A stretch of 64,000 nt of DNA, from contig JAWWBR010000003.1 of NCBI GenBank assembly GCA_033720855.1, positions 3,614-67,613 of the forward strand. Direction: 5' to 3'. This DNA is from Alphaproteobacteria bacterium. GTDB taxonomy: Bacteria > Pseudomonadota > Alphaproteobacteria > SMXQ01. The notes under the pieces are model-generated. The model had not been told where the DNA came from. It ran no database searches and was given only the letters and a program-made list of their open reading frames with translations. Position numbers and translations under genes: made by a program. Positions 9,908-19,802 of this stretch are shown one piece after another (positions within the stretch are counted from its first letter, which is position 1; the number at the start of each line of letters is the position of its first letter).

Positions 9908-10790
9908 CAAGAGGGCCATGGCGAGCCTGCCGCCGCTCCGCGATGTCATCGCGACACACGGGCTCGCGGCGCGAAAATCCCTCGGTCAGCATTTTCTCCT
10001 GGATCTCAATCTGACCGCGCGCATCGTCAAGGCGGCGGGAGACCTGCACGGGGCGACGGTGATCGAAATCGGGCCCGGGCCGGGGGGCCTCACCCGAGCG
10101 CTGCTCGACGCCGAGCCCGACTGCGTCATCGCCATAGAAAAAGACAGGCGCTGCCGTGATGCGCTCACCGCCTTGGATGCCGCGGCCGGCGACCGCTTGC
10201 GGTTGATCGACGCCGACGCCCTCGAAATCGATGAAGGCGAACTCGCGCAATCCGAAGGGGTCGCGGAGCGGGGTCTCCACGTCGTTGCCAATCTGCCTTA
10301 CAACATCTCCACCGTGCTGATCCTCAAATGGCTGCGCCAGAGCGCCGAACGGCCGGGTCTCTATCGCAGCCTCACCCTGACGGTTCAAAAGGAGGTTGCC
10401 GAGCGTCTCTGCGCGCGCCCCCGCACCAAGGCCTATGGGCGGCTTTCGGTGATGTGCCAATGGCAAGCCGAAGCCACCCTGTGTTTCGATATCTCGGCCC
10501 GCGCCTTCACGCCGCCGCCCAAGGTCACATCGTCGGTGGTGCGGCTCGTCCCCAGGGTGGCACCCATCGCCTGCGGCTCCTGGCAGGCTCTGGAATCCGT
10601 CACCCGCGCGGCTTTCGGTCAACGGCGAAAGATGATGCGTTCGAGCCTGCGCGGCCTGGCCCTCGCGGGCGACGGCGCCGCCGTGCTGGCCGCGGCCGGA
10701 ATTGTCCCGACGGCGCGCGCGGAGGAGGTCGATATTTCAGGCTTCTGCGCCCTGGCACGGGCCTATCAAACCTTGGCTACGAAAAACTGA
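9897..10790 (+). CDS. rsmA: 16S rRNA (adenine1518/1519-N6)-dimethyltransferase
   Basis: LGQHFLLDLNL...VIEIGPGPGGLT...NLPYNIST is the KsgA signature. Confidence 0.9.
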   Translation: MRPSKRAMASLPPLRDVIATHGLAARKSLGQHFLLDLNLTARIVKAAGDLHGATVIEIGPGPGGLTRALLDAEPDCVIAIEKDRRCRDALTALDAAAGDRLRLIDADALEIDEGELAQSEGVAERGLHVVANLPYNISTVLILKWLRQSAERPGLYRSLTLTVQKEVAERLCARPRTKAYGRLSVMCQWQAEATLCFDISARAFTPPPKVTSSVVRLVPRVAPIACGSWQALESVTRAAFGQRRKMMRSSLRGLALAGDGAAVLAAAGIVPTARAEEVDISGFCALARAYQTLATKN

Positions 10791-10809
10791 TGGGCCCGCC
10801 GGCGCCCGC

Positions 10810-11448
10810 CTACTGGCCCTCGCGCAAGCCTTTGATAACCTCCGCCAAGCCCGTCAAACGCTCGCGTTTGAGGCGTTCCGCGGCAAGGATCGACTGCACC
10901 TGAGCGACGCTCTCCTCAATATCCTTATTGACGATGATGTAGGTGTATTCGGGGTAATGGCTGATCTCATCGGCCGCCTTGGACATGCGCGCGGCCACCA
11001 CTTCGGCGGAGTCCTGCGCCCGGGTCGTCAGCCTACGCTCCAGCTCCGCTGTCGATGGCGGCAAGATGAACACCGTGGCCACGTCGCGCGCGGCGTTCTC
11101 CACCAGTTGCTGGGTGCCCTGCCAATCGATGTCGAACAGGACGTCTCGCCCATCGACCAGGAGCTTCTCCACCGGTTCCCGCGGCGTGCCGTAGTAATGG
11201 TCGAACACTTTGGCGTATTCCAGGAATTCGTGGCGGTTAACCATCAGGTTAAATTCCGTGGGGTCGACGAAATGGTAGTCGACGCCCTCTACCTCACCGG
11301 GTCGCTTGGGCCGGGTCGTGACCGAGACCGACATGGAGATATTGGCATCACGTTGAAGAAGCAGCCGTGAAATCGTCGTCTTGCCGGCGCCCGAGGGCGA
11401 CGATAACACCAACATCACGCCGCGCCGCCCTATTCCCCCATCGCTCAT
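10810..11448 (-). CDS. gmk: guanylate kinase
   Basis: SSPSGAGKTT P-loop, TTRPKRPGEVEGVDYHFV. Confidence 0.9.
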   Translation of the reverse strand: MSDGGIGRRGVMLVLSSPSGAGKTTISRLLLQRDANISMSVSVTTRPKRPGEVEGVDYHFVDPTEFNLMVNRHEFLEYAKVFDHYYGTPREPVEKLLVDGRDVLFDIDWQGTQQLVENAARDVATVFILPPSTAELERRLTTRAQDSAEVVAARMSKAADEISHYPEYTYIIVNKDIEESVAQVQSILAAERLKRERLTGLAEVIKGLREGQ

Positions 11449-11482
11449 GGATCGACCTACCTTCGCCGGACCGCTTCCGGGC

Positions 11483-12370
11483 CTATTCGATATTTTGGAC
11501 TTGTTCGCGAAACTGCTCGATCGCCGCCTTGAGGTCCAAGCCGATGCGGGTCAGCTCCAGGTCCTGAGCCTTCGAGCATAGGGTGTTGGCTTCGCGATTG
11601 AACTCTTGGGACAGGAAATCCAGTCGGCGTCCAATGGCGCCGCCTTGTTTCAACAACTCCCGCGCCTGCCCCACATGGGCATCGAGCCGGTCGATCTCCT
11701 CCCGCACGTCGGCCTTGGCGACGATCAGGGCGATTTCCTGGGCAAGCCGTTCCTCAGTGACAGGCAGGCTTTCCGCAACCAGTTCATCCATCTGGCGGCG
11801 GATGCGCGTACCAATGGCCTCTGGCTGCACGGCGGCAAGGTCCCGGGCCTTGGCGGCGAGGGACTCGATAGTGTCCAGAAACCCGCTCAGAATCGGCGTC
11901 AGCCGAGCGCCTTCCTCATTGCGGGCCGCCGCCACCTTGCCGAGCGCCGCCGCCAAGCTCTCGGCCATGGCATTTTCCCGCGCGGCGCGGGAATCATCGT
12001 CGCCCCCGGGTTCCTCGGGTTCAAGAATGCCGCGCAACCGCAATAAAGCGTCCGCCTGTAGTGGCGCGCCGCCGACTCGCCCACGGACGTCCTCGGCGAT
12101 CTCGATGACCCGCGCAAGCAACGCCTCGTTCAAGCGATAACCGGCGAAGCCCGGCGTCTCGGTCAGGTTCAGGCTGATGTTGAAGCTGCCCCTTTTGAAC
12201 CGCTTGCCAACGGCGTCGCGGACCCGGATTTCAAAACTTTCCATCCCCGGGGGCAGCCTCACGCGCACGTCAAGCCCGCGATTGTTGACGCTGCGCAGTT
12301 CCCAGCGCCATGAAAAGGCATCGAATTCGCCCTCTTCGCGGGCAAAGCCGGTCATGCTTTCGATCGCCAT
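11483..12370 (-). CDS. yicC: YicC-family stress-induced protein (endoribonuclease YicC-like)
   Basis: MTGFAREEGEFDAFSWRWELRSVNNRGLD is typical of the YicC N-domain; the gmk-yicC pair is conserved. Confidence 0.8.
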   Translation of the reverse strand: MAIESMTGFAREEGEFDAFSWRWELRSVNNRGLDVRVRLPPGMESFEIRVRDAVGKRFKRGSFNISLNLTETPGFAGYRLNEALLARVIEIAEDVRGRVGGAPLQADALLRLRGILEPEEPGGDDDSRAARENAMAESLAAALGKVAAARNEEGARLTPILSGFLDTIESLAAKARDLAAVQPEAIGTRIRRQMDELVAESLPVTEERLAQEIALIVAKADVREEIDRLDAHVGQARELLKQGGAIGRRLDFLSQEFNREANTLCSKAQDLELTRIGLDLKAAIEQFREQVQNIE

Positions 12371-12548
12371 TACCCTCGGATTCCCGCTGATTTAGTGGCC
12401 GAAACGTGGCCAACCACTATATCCGGTGGTAAATGCCGCAACAAGACAGGAAATCGCGACCGTCACCGCACTCCAGCCAAGTCCCGACATAGCGGCCGTG
12501 GCATCACTAGTGCTCCTCTTAAGGCTCGGACTGGTCTAGGCTTCCGCC

Positions 12549-13394
12549 ATGATCCCGGCGACACCTAGGCGGATTCTCATAACCGGGGCGTCGTCCGGTA
12601 TCGGCGCCGCTTTGGCCCGCGCCTACGCCGAGGCCGGCGCGGTTCTCCATCTCGGTGGCCGTGACGAGGATCGTCTCTCTGCCGTAGGGGCTCGGTGCCG
12701 GGAATGGGGGGCAAAGGCATTCACGCGCATTCAGGATGTCACCGATCGCTCCGGCATGGCCCGCTGGATCGCCGAGGCGCACGCCGATGGGGGTCTCGAC
12801 CTGGTCATCGCCAATGCCGGGGTGTCGGGGCGGACCAGTGCCCCGGCAGATGGCAATGGGGCCTTGTCAAACGCGGAAGGCCAGAGGCAACTCCGAGAGG
12901 TCATGACGGTCAATATCGATGGTGTCGTGAACACGGTCTTCCCGGCGCTCGAACACATGCTGGCCAATGCGGCGGACCGCCCGCGGGGCGGACAGATCGC
13001 CATCATGAGTTCCCTTGCAGGCTATCGGGGTTTTTCCGACGCTCCGGGCTATTGCGCCAGCAAGGCCGCGGTTAAAGTTCTGGGGGAGGGGCTTCGCGGT
13101 ATGGCCGCCCGGCATGGCATCGGCGTTACCGTTATCTGCCCGGGATTCATCCGCACCCCGATGACCGAGAACAATCCCTTCCCCATGCCGTTCCTGATGG
13201 AAAGCGACCGTGCCGCGGCGATCATCAAGACCGGCCTTGCCCGCAATCGGGCCAGGATCTCTTTCCCCTGGCCGCTGGCGGCGATGGTTTGGTGCTTGGC
13301 GGCTCTTCCGCCTTCTTGGGTCGACGCGCTGTCCAAGCGTGTGTCGGGCGAACCTGCGGCGCCACGCCGCTCGGCGATGACCAAGTCACGGTGA
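12549..13394 (+). CDS. short-chain dehydrogenase/reductase (SDR)
   Basis: ILITGASSGIGAAL Rossmann motif and YxxxK (YCASKAA). Confidence 0.7.
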   Translation: MIPATPRRILITGASSGIGAALARAYAEAGAVLHLGGRDEDRLSAVGARCREWGAKAFTRIQDVTDRSGMARWIAEAHADGGLDLVIANAGVSGRTSAPADGNGALSNAEGQRQLREVMTVNIDGVVNTVFPALEHMLANAADRPRGGQIAIMSSLAGYRGFSDAPGYCASKAAVKVLGEGLRGMAARHGIGVTVICPGFIRTPMTENNPFPMPFLMESDRAAAIIKTGLARNRARISFPWPLAAMVWCLAALPPSWVDALSKRVSGEPAAPRRSAMTKSR

Positions 13395-14411
13395 TGTAGC
13401 CTTGCCGGCCTCGCCCGTAATCGCGCCCCGGTTCTTCAGCCGACGCCATCGGCGAACGTTGCGATTGTGCTCGTCGAGGGTGCGCGAGAATGCGTGCCCA
13501 CCGCTTCCGTCGGCGACGAAATACAGGGCTTTCGTGGGGGCGGGATGGAGCACGGCCAGGAGCGCCTCGCGCCCCGGATTGGCGATGGGATCGGGTGGCA
13601 ATCCCTTGTTGAGATAGGTGTTGTAGGGCCCCGGCGTGGCCAGATCGGCCCGGGTGAGGGCGCGGCCGAGGATCCTCTGCGACGCCGCCTCCCGCACGGC
13701 GATGCCATAAGCGACCGTCGGGTCCGACTGCAAGGCCATCCCCTTTTTGAGCCGATTTAAAAAAACTGCGGCAACGAGTGGGCGTTCTTCCGGTTTTGCG
13801 GTCTCGCGCTCGACGATGGATGCCAGTATCACCGCCTCCCTTGGCGACCGAAGCAACAGCCCGTTCATTCGCTTGGGCCAAAGCTCGGCCACGGCGCGGG
13901 TCATGGCATGTTCCATTCGCAGGATCATTTGCGCCCGCCCGTCACCATAGGAATAGTGATAGGTATCGGGCATCAGCGAGCCTTCCTCCGGCACCTCGAC
14001 GAGGGGGCCGTCAAGGCCGTAGGCCCCATGAACCAATTTGACGACCTGCGCCGACGTCAGACCCTCGGGCACGGTCAACTTGCGGACCACGGTACGGCCG
14101 CTTACGAGAATATCCATAACGCCACGAGCCGACACCCCGCCGGGAAAGTCGTATTCCCCCGCGCGCAGCGCGGATTGCTTCCCCGCAAGCCTGACCCCTG
14201 CGACGAAAAGCAGCGGCGAAGAGATGATACGGTGCCGCTCGAGCAGCCGGCTGATCTCGGCCACGCCCTTGCCCTTGGGAATCACGACCACGGCGTGGCC
14301 TTCAAGCGGCCCCCGACGATCGAGAGAATGATGGAGGAATGCCAGCCCCGCCAGGGCGACGGCACCCAAAAGAAGGGCCGCGAACGCGGATCGTCGCAAC
14401 CAAAGTCGCAC
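13386..14411 (-). CDS. mltG: endolytic murein transglycosylase MltG (YceG-like)
   Basis: N-terminal TM helix plus YceG domain; located downstream of fabF as in many bacteria. Confidence 0.8.
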   Translation of the reverse strand: MRLWLRRSAFAALLLGAVALAGLAFLHHSLDRRGPLEGHAVVVIPKGKGVAEISRLLERHRIISSPLLFVAGVRLAGKQSALRAGEYDFPGGVSARGVMDILVSGRTVVRKLTVPEGLTSAQVVKLVHGAYGLDGPLVEVPEEGSLMPDTYHYSYGDGRAQMILRMEHAMTRAVAELWPKRMNGLLLRSPREAVILASIVERETAKPEERPLVAAVFLNRLKKGMALQSDPTVAYGIAVREAASQRILGRALTRADLATPGPYNTYLNKGLPPDPIANPGREALLAVLHPAPTKALYFVADGSGGHAFSRTLDEHNRNVRRWRRLKNRGAITGEAGKATSP

Positions 14412-14418
14412 CGTGGCC

Positions 14419-15702
14419 TCAGTCCATGTCGGTAAAGATCAACGAGGCATTGGTCCCGCCAAAACCGAAGGAATTGGAAAGCGCGTTGCGGATCTTTCGT
14501 TCCTTGGCTTGGAGTGGCACCAGATCGATGTCACATCCTTCGGACGGATTTTCAAGATTGAGGGTCGGCGGGACGACCCCGTTATGGACGGCGAGAATGC
14601 TGAAAATGGCCTCAACCGCCCCGGCCGCGCCCAAGAGGTGGCCGATCGCGGATTTCGTGGACGACATTGAAATCCGATATGCGTGATCGCCGAAGAGCCG
14701 CTTGACGGCGCCCAACTCGATCTCGTCACCGAGCGGCGTCGAGGTTCCGTGGGCATTGACGTAATCGATGTCTTCGACGTTAAGGCCGGCGCGACGCAAA
14801 GCGCTCTCCATCGCGCGATAGCCGCCGTTGCCGTCCTCCGCCGGAGCGGTGACGTGGTAGGCATCTCCGGACAGGCCGTAGCCGGTGATTTCGGCATAGA
14901 TCTTGGCGTTTCTTTTTTTTGCGTGCTCCAGTTCCTCGAGCACGACCACGCCGGCACCCTCGCCCATTACGAACCCGTCGCGATCCCGGTCCCATGGCCG
15001 CGAGGCCTGTTCGGGCCTGTCATTGAAGTTTGTCGAAAGCGCCCGCGCCGCGGAAAAACCGGCGATGCCCAATCGGCAGACCGCCGCTTCGGTGCCGCCC
15101 GCCACCATGACATCGGCATCATCCATGGTAATCAAGCGCGCCGCATCGCCAATGGCATGGGCCCCGGTGGCGCAGGCCGTCACCACCGCGTGATTCGGTC
15201 CCCGAAACCCGTATTTGATGGAGACGTGCCCGGAAGCGAGGTTGATGAGAGCGGAGGGGATAAAGAACGGGCTGATCCGTCGGGCGCCGCGTTCCTGCAG
15301 GGTGATGGATGACTCGGCGATCGCCGGAAGGCCGCCGATCCCGGACCCGATCATAACCCCCGTGCGGTCGCGATCCTCATCGCCGTCGGGCATCCAACCG
15401 GAATCTTCCACCGCCTGGATCGCCGCTGCGAGCGCGTACACGATGAAGCGGTCCATCTTGCGCTGTTCTTTGGGTTCGACCCAATCATTGGCGTTGAAGG
15501 TCCCGTTCTCGCCATCGCCCGCCGTCACCTCGCCGGCGATGCGACAGGGAAGGTCGGAGACGTCGAAAGCCTCCACCGCACCGATTCCGGACTGGCCGTC
15601 GATCAAGCGGTCCCAGGTTATTTCGACCCCAGTGCCCAAGGGTGTGATCAGGCCCAGGCCGGTTACGACTACGCGTCTCATGAGAGGCTGTAGACTTCCC
15701 AA
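14419..15702 (-). CDS. fabF: 3-oxoacyl-ACP synthase II
   Basis: RRVVVTGLGLITPLG, active-site Cys (ACATGAHAIG) and His-His motifs. Confidence 0.9.
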   Translation of the reverse strand: MGSLQPLMRRVVVTGLGLITPLGTGVEITWDRLIDGQSGIGAVEAFDVSDLPCRIAGEVTAGDGENGTFNANDWVEPKEQRKMDRFIVYALAAAIQAVEDSGWMPDGDEDRDRTGVMIGSGIGGLPAIAESSITLQERGARRISPFFIPSALINLASGHVSIKYGFRGPNHAVVTACATGAHAIGDAARLITMDDADVMVAGGTEAAVCRLGIAGFSAARALSTNFNDRPEQASRPWDRDRDGFVMGEGAGVVVLEELEHAKKRNAKIYAEITGYGLSGDAYHVTAPAEDGNGGYRAMESALRRAGLNVEDIDYVNAHGTSTPLGDEIELGAVKRLFGDHAYRISMSSTKSAIGHLLGAAGAVEAIFSILAVHNGVVPPTLNLENPSEGCDIDLVPLQAKERKIRNALSNSFGFGGTNASLIFTDMD

Positions 15703-15744
15703 ACGGTTCGCAACGGTATCTGCCGAGCGTCCCGAATCGTCGGT

Positions 15745-15978
15745 TTACGTATGGGATTCGATATAGCCGATGGCATCCTTGACGGTGAGGATCTTCTCGG
15801 CGGCGTCATCGGGGATCTCGCATCCGAATTCCTCTTCGAAAGCCATGACGAGTTCGACGGTATCAAGGCTGTCCGCGCCAAGATCGTCGATAAAGCTCGC
15901 GTTTTCCGTGACCTTTGAATCATCCACGCCAAGGTGTTCTACGACAATCTTGGTCACGCGTTCGGCAATATCGCTCAT
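15745..15978 (-). CDS. acpP: acyl carrier protein
   Basis: [12 protein letters not shown]...[20 protein letters not shown] (phosphopantetheine Ser). The ATG at 15978 was verified; the 106-aa track ORF is an upstream overcall. Confidence 0.9.
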   Translation of the reverse strand: MSDIAERVTKIVVEHLGVDDSKVTENASFIDDLGADSLDTVELVMAFEEEFGCEIPDDAAEKILTVKDAIGYIESHT

Positions 15979-16165
15979 TTCTTCATCTTTCCTCGGATAT
16001 TGTTCCGGGGGAAAGTCCCCCTGCACAGGTTCCATCGGGTTGGTTCGGCTCTCTTCCCTTGACACTTGCGCCGGTCGCGCACGCTGCCGAAGCCCTCAGA
16101 AACGTGCCGTTGGTATCATACTTTTTTGACCTTGGCCACCCTCCGGCAAACGAGTTGCGGGCCGG

Positions 16166-16903
16166 TCAGATCATGGCCATGCCGCCGTTAACATGGAGCG
16201 TCTGACCTGTGATGTAGGCCGCCTCCTCACTGGCCAAAAACACCGCCGCTGCGGCGATATCGGGAGGCTCTCCAAAACGGCCTTGGGGGATGGCGGAAAG
16301 TATCCGCTCGCGCTGCGCCTCGGTCAGGACGTCGGTCATGGCGGTGGTGATAAAGCCGGGCGCGATGCAGTTCACCGTGATCCCGCGCGCAGCGACCTCG
16401 GCGGCGAGTGACTTGGTCATTCCCGTCAACCCCGCCTTGGATGCCGCGTAGTTGACCTGGCCGGGATTGCCGGTGGCGCCGACGACCGAGGTGATGGAGA
16501 TAATCCGGCCCCAGCGCGCTTTCATCATGTTGCGGATGACGGCACGACTGAGGCGGAAAGCGGCGGTCAAATTGACGTCGATGACCGCTTGCCAGTCATC
16601 GTCGCTCATCCGCATCGCCAAACCGTCACGGGTTAGCCCGGCATTGTTGACGAGGACGTCTATGCCGCCCAGGACGTCCTCCGCGGCGGCGGCGAGGCCC
16701 TCCGCGCCGTCCGCGCTACCAAGGTCGGCGGGCACGGCATAGGCCCGATCGCCGAGTTCGTCGGCCAGGCCCTCCAAGGCTTCGGCACGCGTGCCCGACA
16801 GGGCCACCGCCGCGCCCGCGCCATGTAAAGCGCGGGCGATGGCGCCCCCGATTCCACCACTGGCGCCGGTCACCAGTGCCCCACGGCCTTCAAGACGGAA
16901 CAT
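16166..16903 (-). CDS. fabG: 3-oxoacyl-ACP reductase
   Basis: ALVTGASGGIGGAIA...NNAG...YAASKAG. ATG at 16903 preceded by a GGAGGGG RBS; the track M at 16906 is a GTG. Confidence 0.9.
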   Translation of the reverse strand: MFRLEGRGALVTGASGGIGGAIARALHGAGAAVALSGTRAEALEGLADELGDRAYAVPADLGSADGAEGLAAAAEDVLGGIDVLVNNAGLTRDGLAMRMSDDDWQAVIDVNLTAAFRLSRAVIRNMMKARWGRIISITSVVGATGNPGQVNYAASKAGLTGMTKSLAAEVAARGITVNCIAPGFITTAMTDVLTEAQRERILSAIPQGRFGEPPDIAAAAVFLASEEAAYITGQTLHVNGGMAMI

Positions 16904-16923
16904 CACCCCCTCCCCTCGGACGC

Positions 16924-17862
16924 CTAAAGAAAGGCCTCGATATCGTCGGGCCCTGAAAGCGAAAGCGCCTCCAAATCCTTGTCGATTCGCCGCGCCAGGC
17001 CGGACAGCACTTTACCCGCCCCCAGTTCAACCAGACGCCCGACGCCGTGGTCACGCATCCACAAAACCGATTCCCGCCAGCGCACGACCCCCGTGACCTG
17101 TGCAACGAGTGCCGCCCTGATGTCTTCCGGTGCACTGATTGCCTCCGCCTTGACGTTGGCGACAACCGGAACTGGCGGCACCGCAATATCGACGGAGGCC
17201 AATGCGTCCGCCATGACCTCCGCCGCCGGAGCCATCAGGGGACAATGGGACGGGACCGTGACGGGAAGCATCACCGAGCGCCGTGCGCCCCGCTGCTTGG
17301 CGAGCTCGACGGCGCGGGCGACTGCCTCGGCATTGCCGCTCACCACCACTTGTCCTGGCGCATTATCGTTTGCAGCCGTGCATACATCGCCCTCGGCCGC
17401 GGTTGCGGCGATCTCCGCAACTTCGTCGAAGTCGAGCCCCAGCACCGCCGCCATTGCGCCGACACCGACCGGCGCCGCCTCCTGCATCGCCCGCCCTCGC
17501 GTCTTCAGCAGGGTCGCAGCATCGGCGAGGGAGATGGAGCCGATGGCCGAGAGGGCCGAATATTCGCCCAAAGAATGTCCCGCGACGAATCGCGCGCTGC
17601 CGCCGAGGTCGAGTCCTCCCTCGCGTTGCAATACCCTCACCACGGCCATGCTGACCGCCATCAGCGCGGGCTGGGCGTTTTCGGTCAGGGTCAGCACATC
17701 ATCGGGCCCTTCGAAGATGGTCCTGCTGAGATGCTGTCCCAGGGCCTCGTCGACCTCCTCAAACGTTTGCCGCGCCGAAGCGAAGGCGGCCGCCAGGTCA
17801 CGGCCCATGCCGACGGCCTGCGATCCTTGGCCGGGAAACACGAATGCTTGATCCAGAGCCAT
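16924..17862 (-). CDS. fabD: malonyl-CoA:ACP transacylase
   Basis: FVFPGQGSQ...GHSLGEYSAL active site. Confidence 0.9.
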   Translation of the reverse strand: MALDQAFVFPGQGSQAVGMGRDLAAAFASARQTFEEVDEALGQHLSRTIFEGPDDVLTLTENAQPALMAVSMAVVRVLQREGGLDLGGSARFVAGHSLGEYSALSAIGSISLADAATLLKTRGRAMQEAAPVGVGAMAAVLGLDFDEVAEIAATAAEGDVCTAANDNAPGQVVVSGNAEAVARAVELAKQRGARRSVMLPVTVPSHCPLMAPAAEVMADALASVDIAVPPVPVVANVKAEAISAPEDIRAALVAQVTGVVRWRESVLWMRDHGVGRLVELGAGKVLSGLARRIDKDLEALSLSGPDDIEAFL

Positions 17863-18108
17863 TTGCGTCCTTTACGCGGATTGACGAAGGCCGAGTGATA
17901 ACCTTCTCACCCGCCCTGTCAAGGCCGCGATCCATGATGACTCTGCCGGGGTTGATCATCGCCGGCAATTGTGTATATTGCGCCGCCTTGACATTCCTTG
18001 CCGGGCGCACGGGCGTGCCGGCTAGGTTCGGAATGCCGGGCTTCGCGACCGGTCAGGAGACGGAGCCAAGGACGCCGGACCAGGAACAGCCATAAGGAGT
18101 GTTTGTTC

Positions 18109-18576
18109 ATGCCGCTTTACGAAAGCGTGTTCATCGCACGCCAGGACATATCCTCGTCGCAAGCCGAGGCCCTGGCGGACAGTTTCGCCGATATCGTCTC
18201 CAATTCCGGGGGCACCGTTTCCAAAAAGGAATACTGGGGCCTGCGTAACCTCGCCTACCGCATCAAGAAGAACCGCAAAGGCCATTACACGCTCCTCAAC
18301 ATCGATGCTCCGGCCGGAGCGATCGCAGAGATGGAACGCAACATGCGCCTGCACGAAGACGTCTTGCGCTTCCTGACGGTGCGTGTCGATGACCTCAACG
18401 AAGGACCCTCGCCCATTCTCAGAAGCCGCGAGGAGCGGGGTGCGCGCGGTGGACGGGGTCGGCGCGAGGATGGCGACCGCCCGCGCCGCGACGACCAGCC
18501 CAAACCCCAGCGTGCCGAAGCCAAACCAGCCGCTGAAAACAAAGCCGAAAAAGCGACAGAGGGAGAAGATCAATGA
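18109..18576 (+). CDS. rpsF: 30S ribosomal protein S6 with a charged C-terminal tail
   Basis: [13 protein letters not shown]... The ATG at 18109 was verified, preceded by AAGGAG. The track ORF from 17998 is an upstream overcall. Confidence 0.9.
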   Translation: MPLYESVFIARQDISSSQAEALADSFADIVSNSGGTVSKKEYWGLRNLAYRIKKNRKGHYTLLNIDAPAGAIAEMERNMRLHEDVLRFLTVRVDDLNEGPSPILRSREERGARGGRGRREDGDRPRRDDQPKPQRAEAKPAAENKAEKATEGEDQ

Positions 18577-18812
18577 GAGGCCCCGGTGCACGCCGTCCGT
18601 TTTTCCGGCGCCGCAAGACGTGTCCGTTTTCCGGCCCCAATGCGCCGAAGATCGACTACAAGGACGTCCGTCTCTTGCAGCGGTTCGTCTCCGAGCGCGG
18701 CAAAATCGTCCCCAGCCGCATCACTGCCGTGTCCAACAAGAAGCAGCGGGAACTCGCCAAGGCGATCAAACGGGCCCGGCACCTGGCGTTACTGCCGTTC
18801 GTGGTGAGCTAG
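18573..18812 (+). CDS. rpsR: 30S ribosomal protein S18
   Basis: [59 protein letters not shown]. Confidence 0.9.
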   Translation: MRGPGARRPFFRRRKTCPFSGPNAPKIDYKDVRLLQRFVSERGKIVPSRITAVSNKKQRELAKAIKRARHLALLPFVVS

Positions 18813-18857
18813 CGGACATCGTGGGCCCGGCGCAACCAGCCCGGCCGGGACTGAGAC

Positions 18858-19787
18858 ATGACACGGGATTTTGCGATCGCGGCAGCCGGAGGGCTTTTGA
18901 GTGCGCTCCTCTATCTGTCGGCGCCTTGGGGGTTATTCGGTCCGTTATTGGCGCTTTTTTCGCCCTTCCCGCTGTTCGCCGTGGGATTTGGCCTGGGCCT
19001 CACCGCCTGCGCCCTGGCCGTAGCGGCCGCGCTCCTTACCGCAGCGGTCCTGGGCGGCCTCAGCGGCATGCTTCTGTTCGCCGTGATTTACGGCGTGCCA
19101 GCCTTGATGATCGTGCGGTTCGCGCTCCTCAGCCGGCCCAACGCCGAAGGACAGACCGAATGGTACCCGCCGGGACTTTTGTTGACTTGGATCGCCCTTT
19201 ATGCCGCGGGCGCCTTCGTGGCAACGGCTATCTTCATTACGGGTCCGGACGGGCTGGAGCGCGCGATTTCCCAGCACATCGACTCGCTCCGCGAGATTTT
19301 CCCGCGATCTGGACAGGACGGGGCGCCGATCGATCAAGCGTTGGCGGCGACAAAACCGCTGTTTCCGTTCCTCGTTGCAACCTGGTGGATGGCATTCACC
19401 ATCGTCAATGGCACCCTTGCCCAGGGGGTCCTCGAACGCCGCGGCTTGGCTCTACGACCCTCTCCCGATCTCACCACCACCGCCTTGCCTCACTGGTTCG
19501 CCGGCGTGATGGTTGCCGCGATAGTGGTGGCCTTGCTAGGATCGGGGTGGCTCAGCTTCTTGGGGGGCAATGTCGCGCGCATCCTCTGCGTTCCGTATTT
19601 CCTGGTAGGGCTCGCGGTGGTGCATTCGGTTTCGACGGCATGGCCAGGCAGAAGGGCGATCCTGTTTGCCGTATACCTCCTCTTGTTGCTGCTGGGCTGG
19701 ATCGCGGTGGTGGTGGTTGCCGGACTTGGTTTTTTGGATTATTGGGCCGGTTTGAGACAGCGTTTCGGCCGCCCCGACCGCGGTTGA
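18858..19787 (+). CDS. polytopic inner-membrane protein (DUF2232-like) embedded in the rpsF-rpsR-rplI operon
   Basis: 309 aa with ~8 predicted TM helices and no catalytic motif. Its position between rpsR and rplI recurs in alphaproteobacteria. Confidence 0.55.
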   Translation: MTRDFAIAAAGGLLSALLYLSAPWGLFGPLLALFSPFPLFAVGFGLGLTACALAVAAALLTAAVLGGLSGMLLFAVIYGVPALMIVRFALLSRPNAEGQTEWYPPGLLLTWIALYAAGAFVATAIFITGPDGLERAISQHIDSLREIFPRSGQDGAPIDQALAATKPLFPFLVATWWMAFTIVNGTLAQGVLERRGLALRPSPDLTTTALPHWFAGVMVAAIVVALLGSGWLSFLGGNVARILCVPYFLVGLAVVHSVSTAWPGRRAILFAVYLLLLLLGWIAVVVVAGLGFLDYWAGLRQRFGRPDRG

Positions 19788-19802
19788 GAAAGGAAAGAGG
19801 TT

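Noticed and set aside
9723-10622. 299-aa minus-strand ORF
   Set aside because: Antisense to rsmA/ksgA.
10791-10809. GC palindrome CGCCGGCG between convergent rsmA and gmk
   Set aside because: Zero-loop palindrome with no T-run; not a credible terminator.
15979-16065. N-terminal extension of the acpP track ORF (106 aa)
   Set aside because: ACP is ~78 aa and begins at MSDIAERV. The extension has no homology and would place the ATG far from any RBS.
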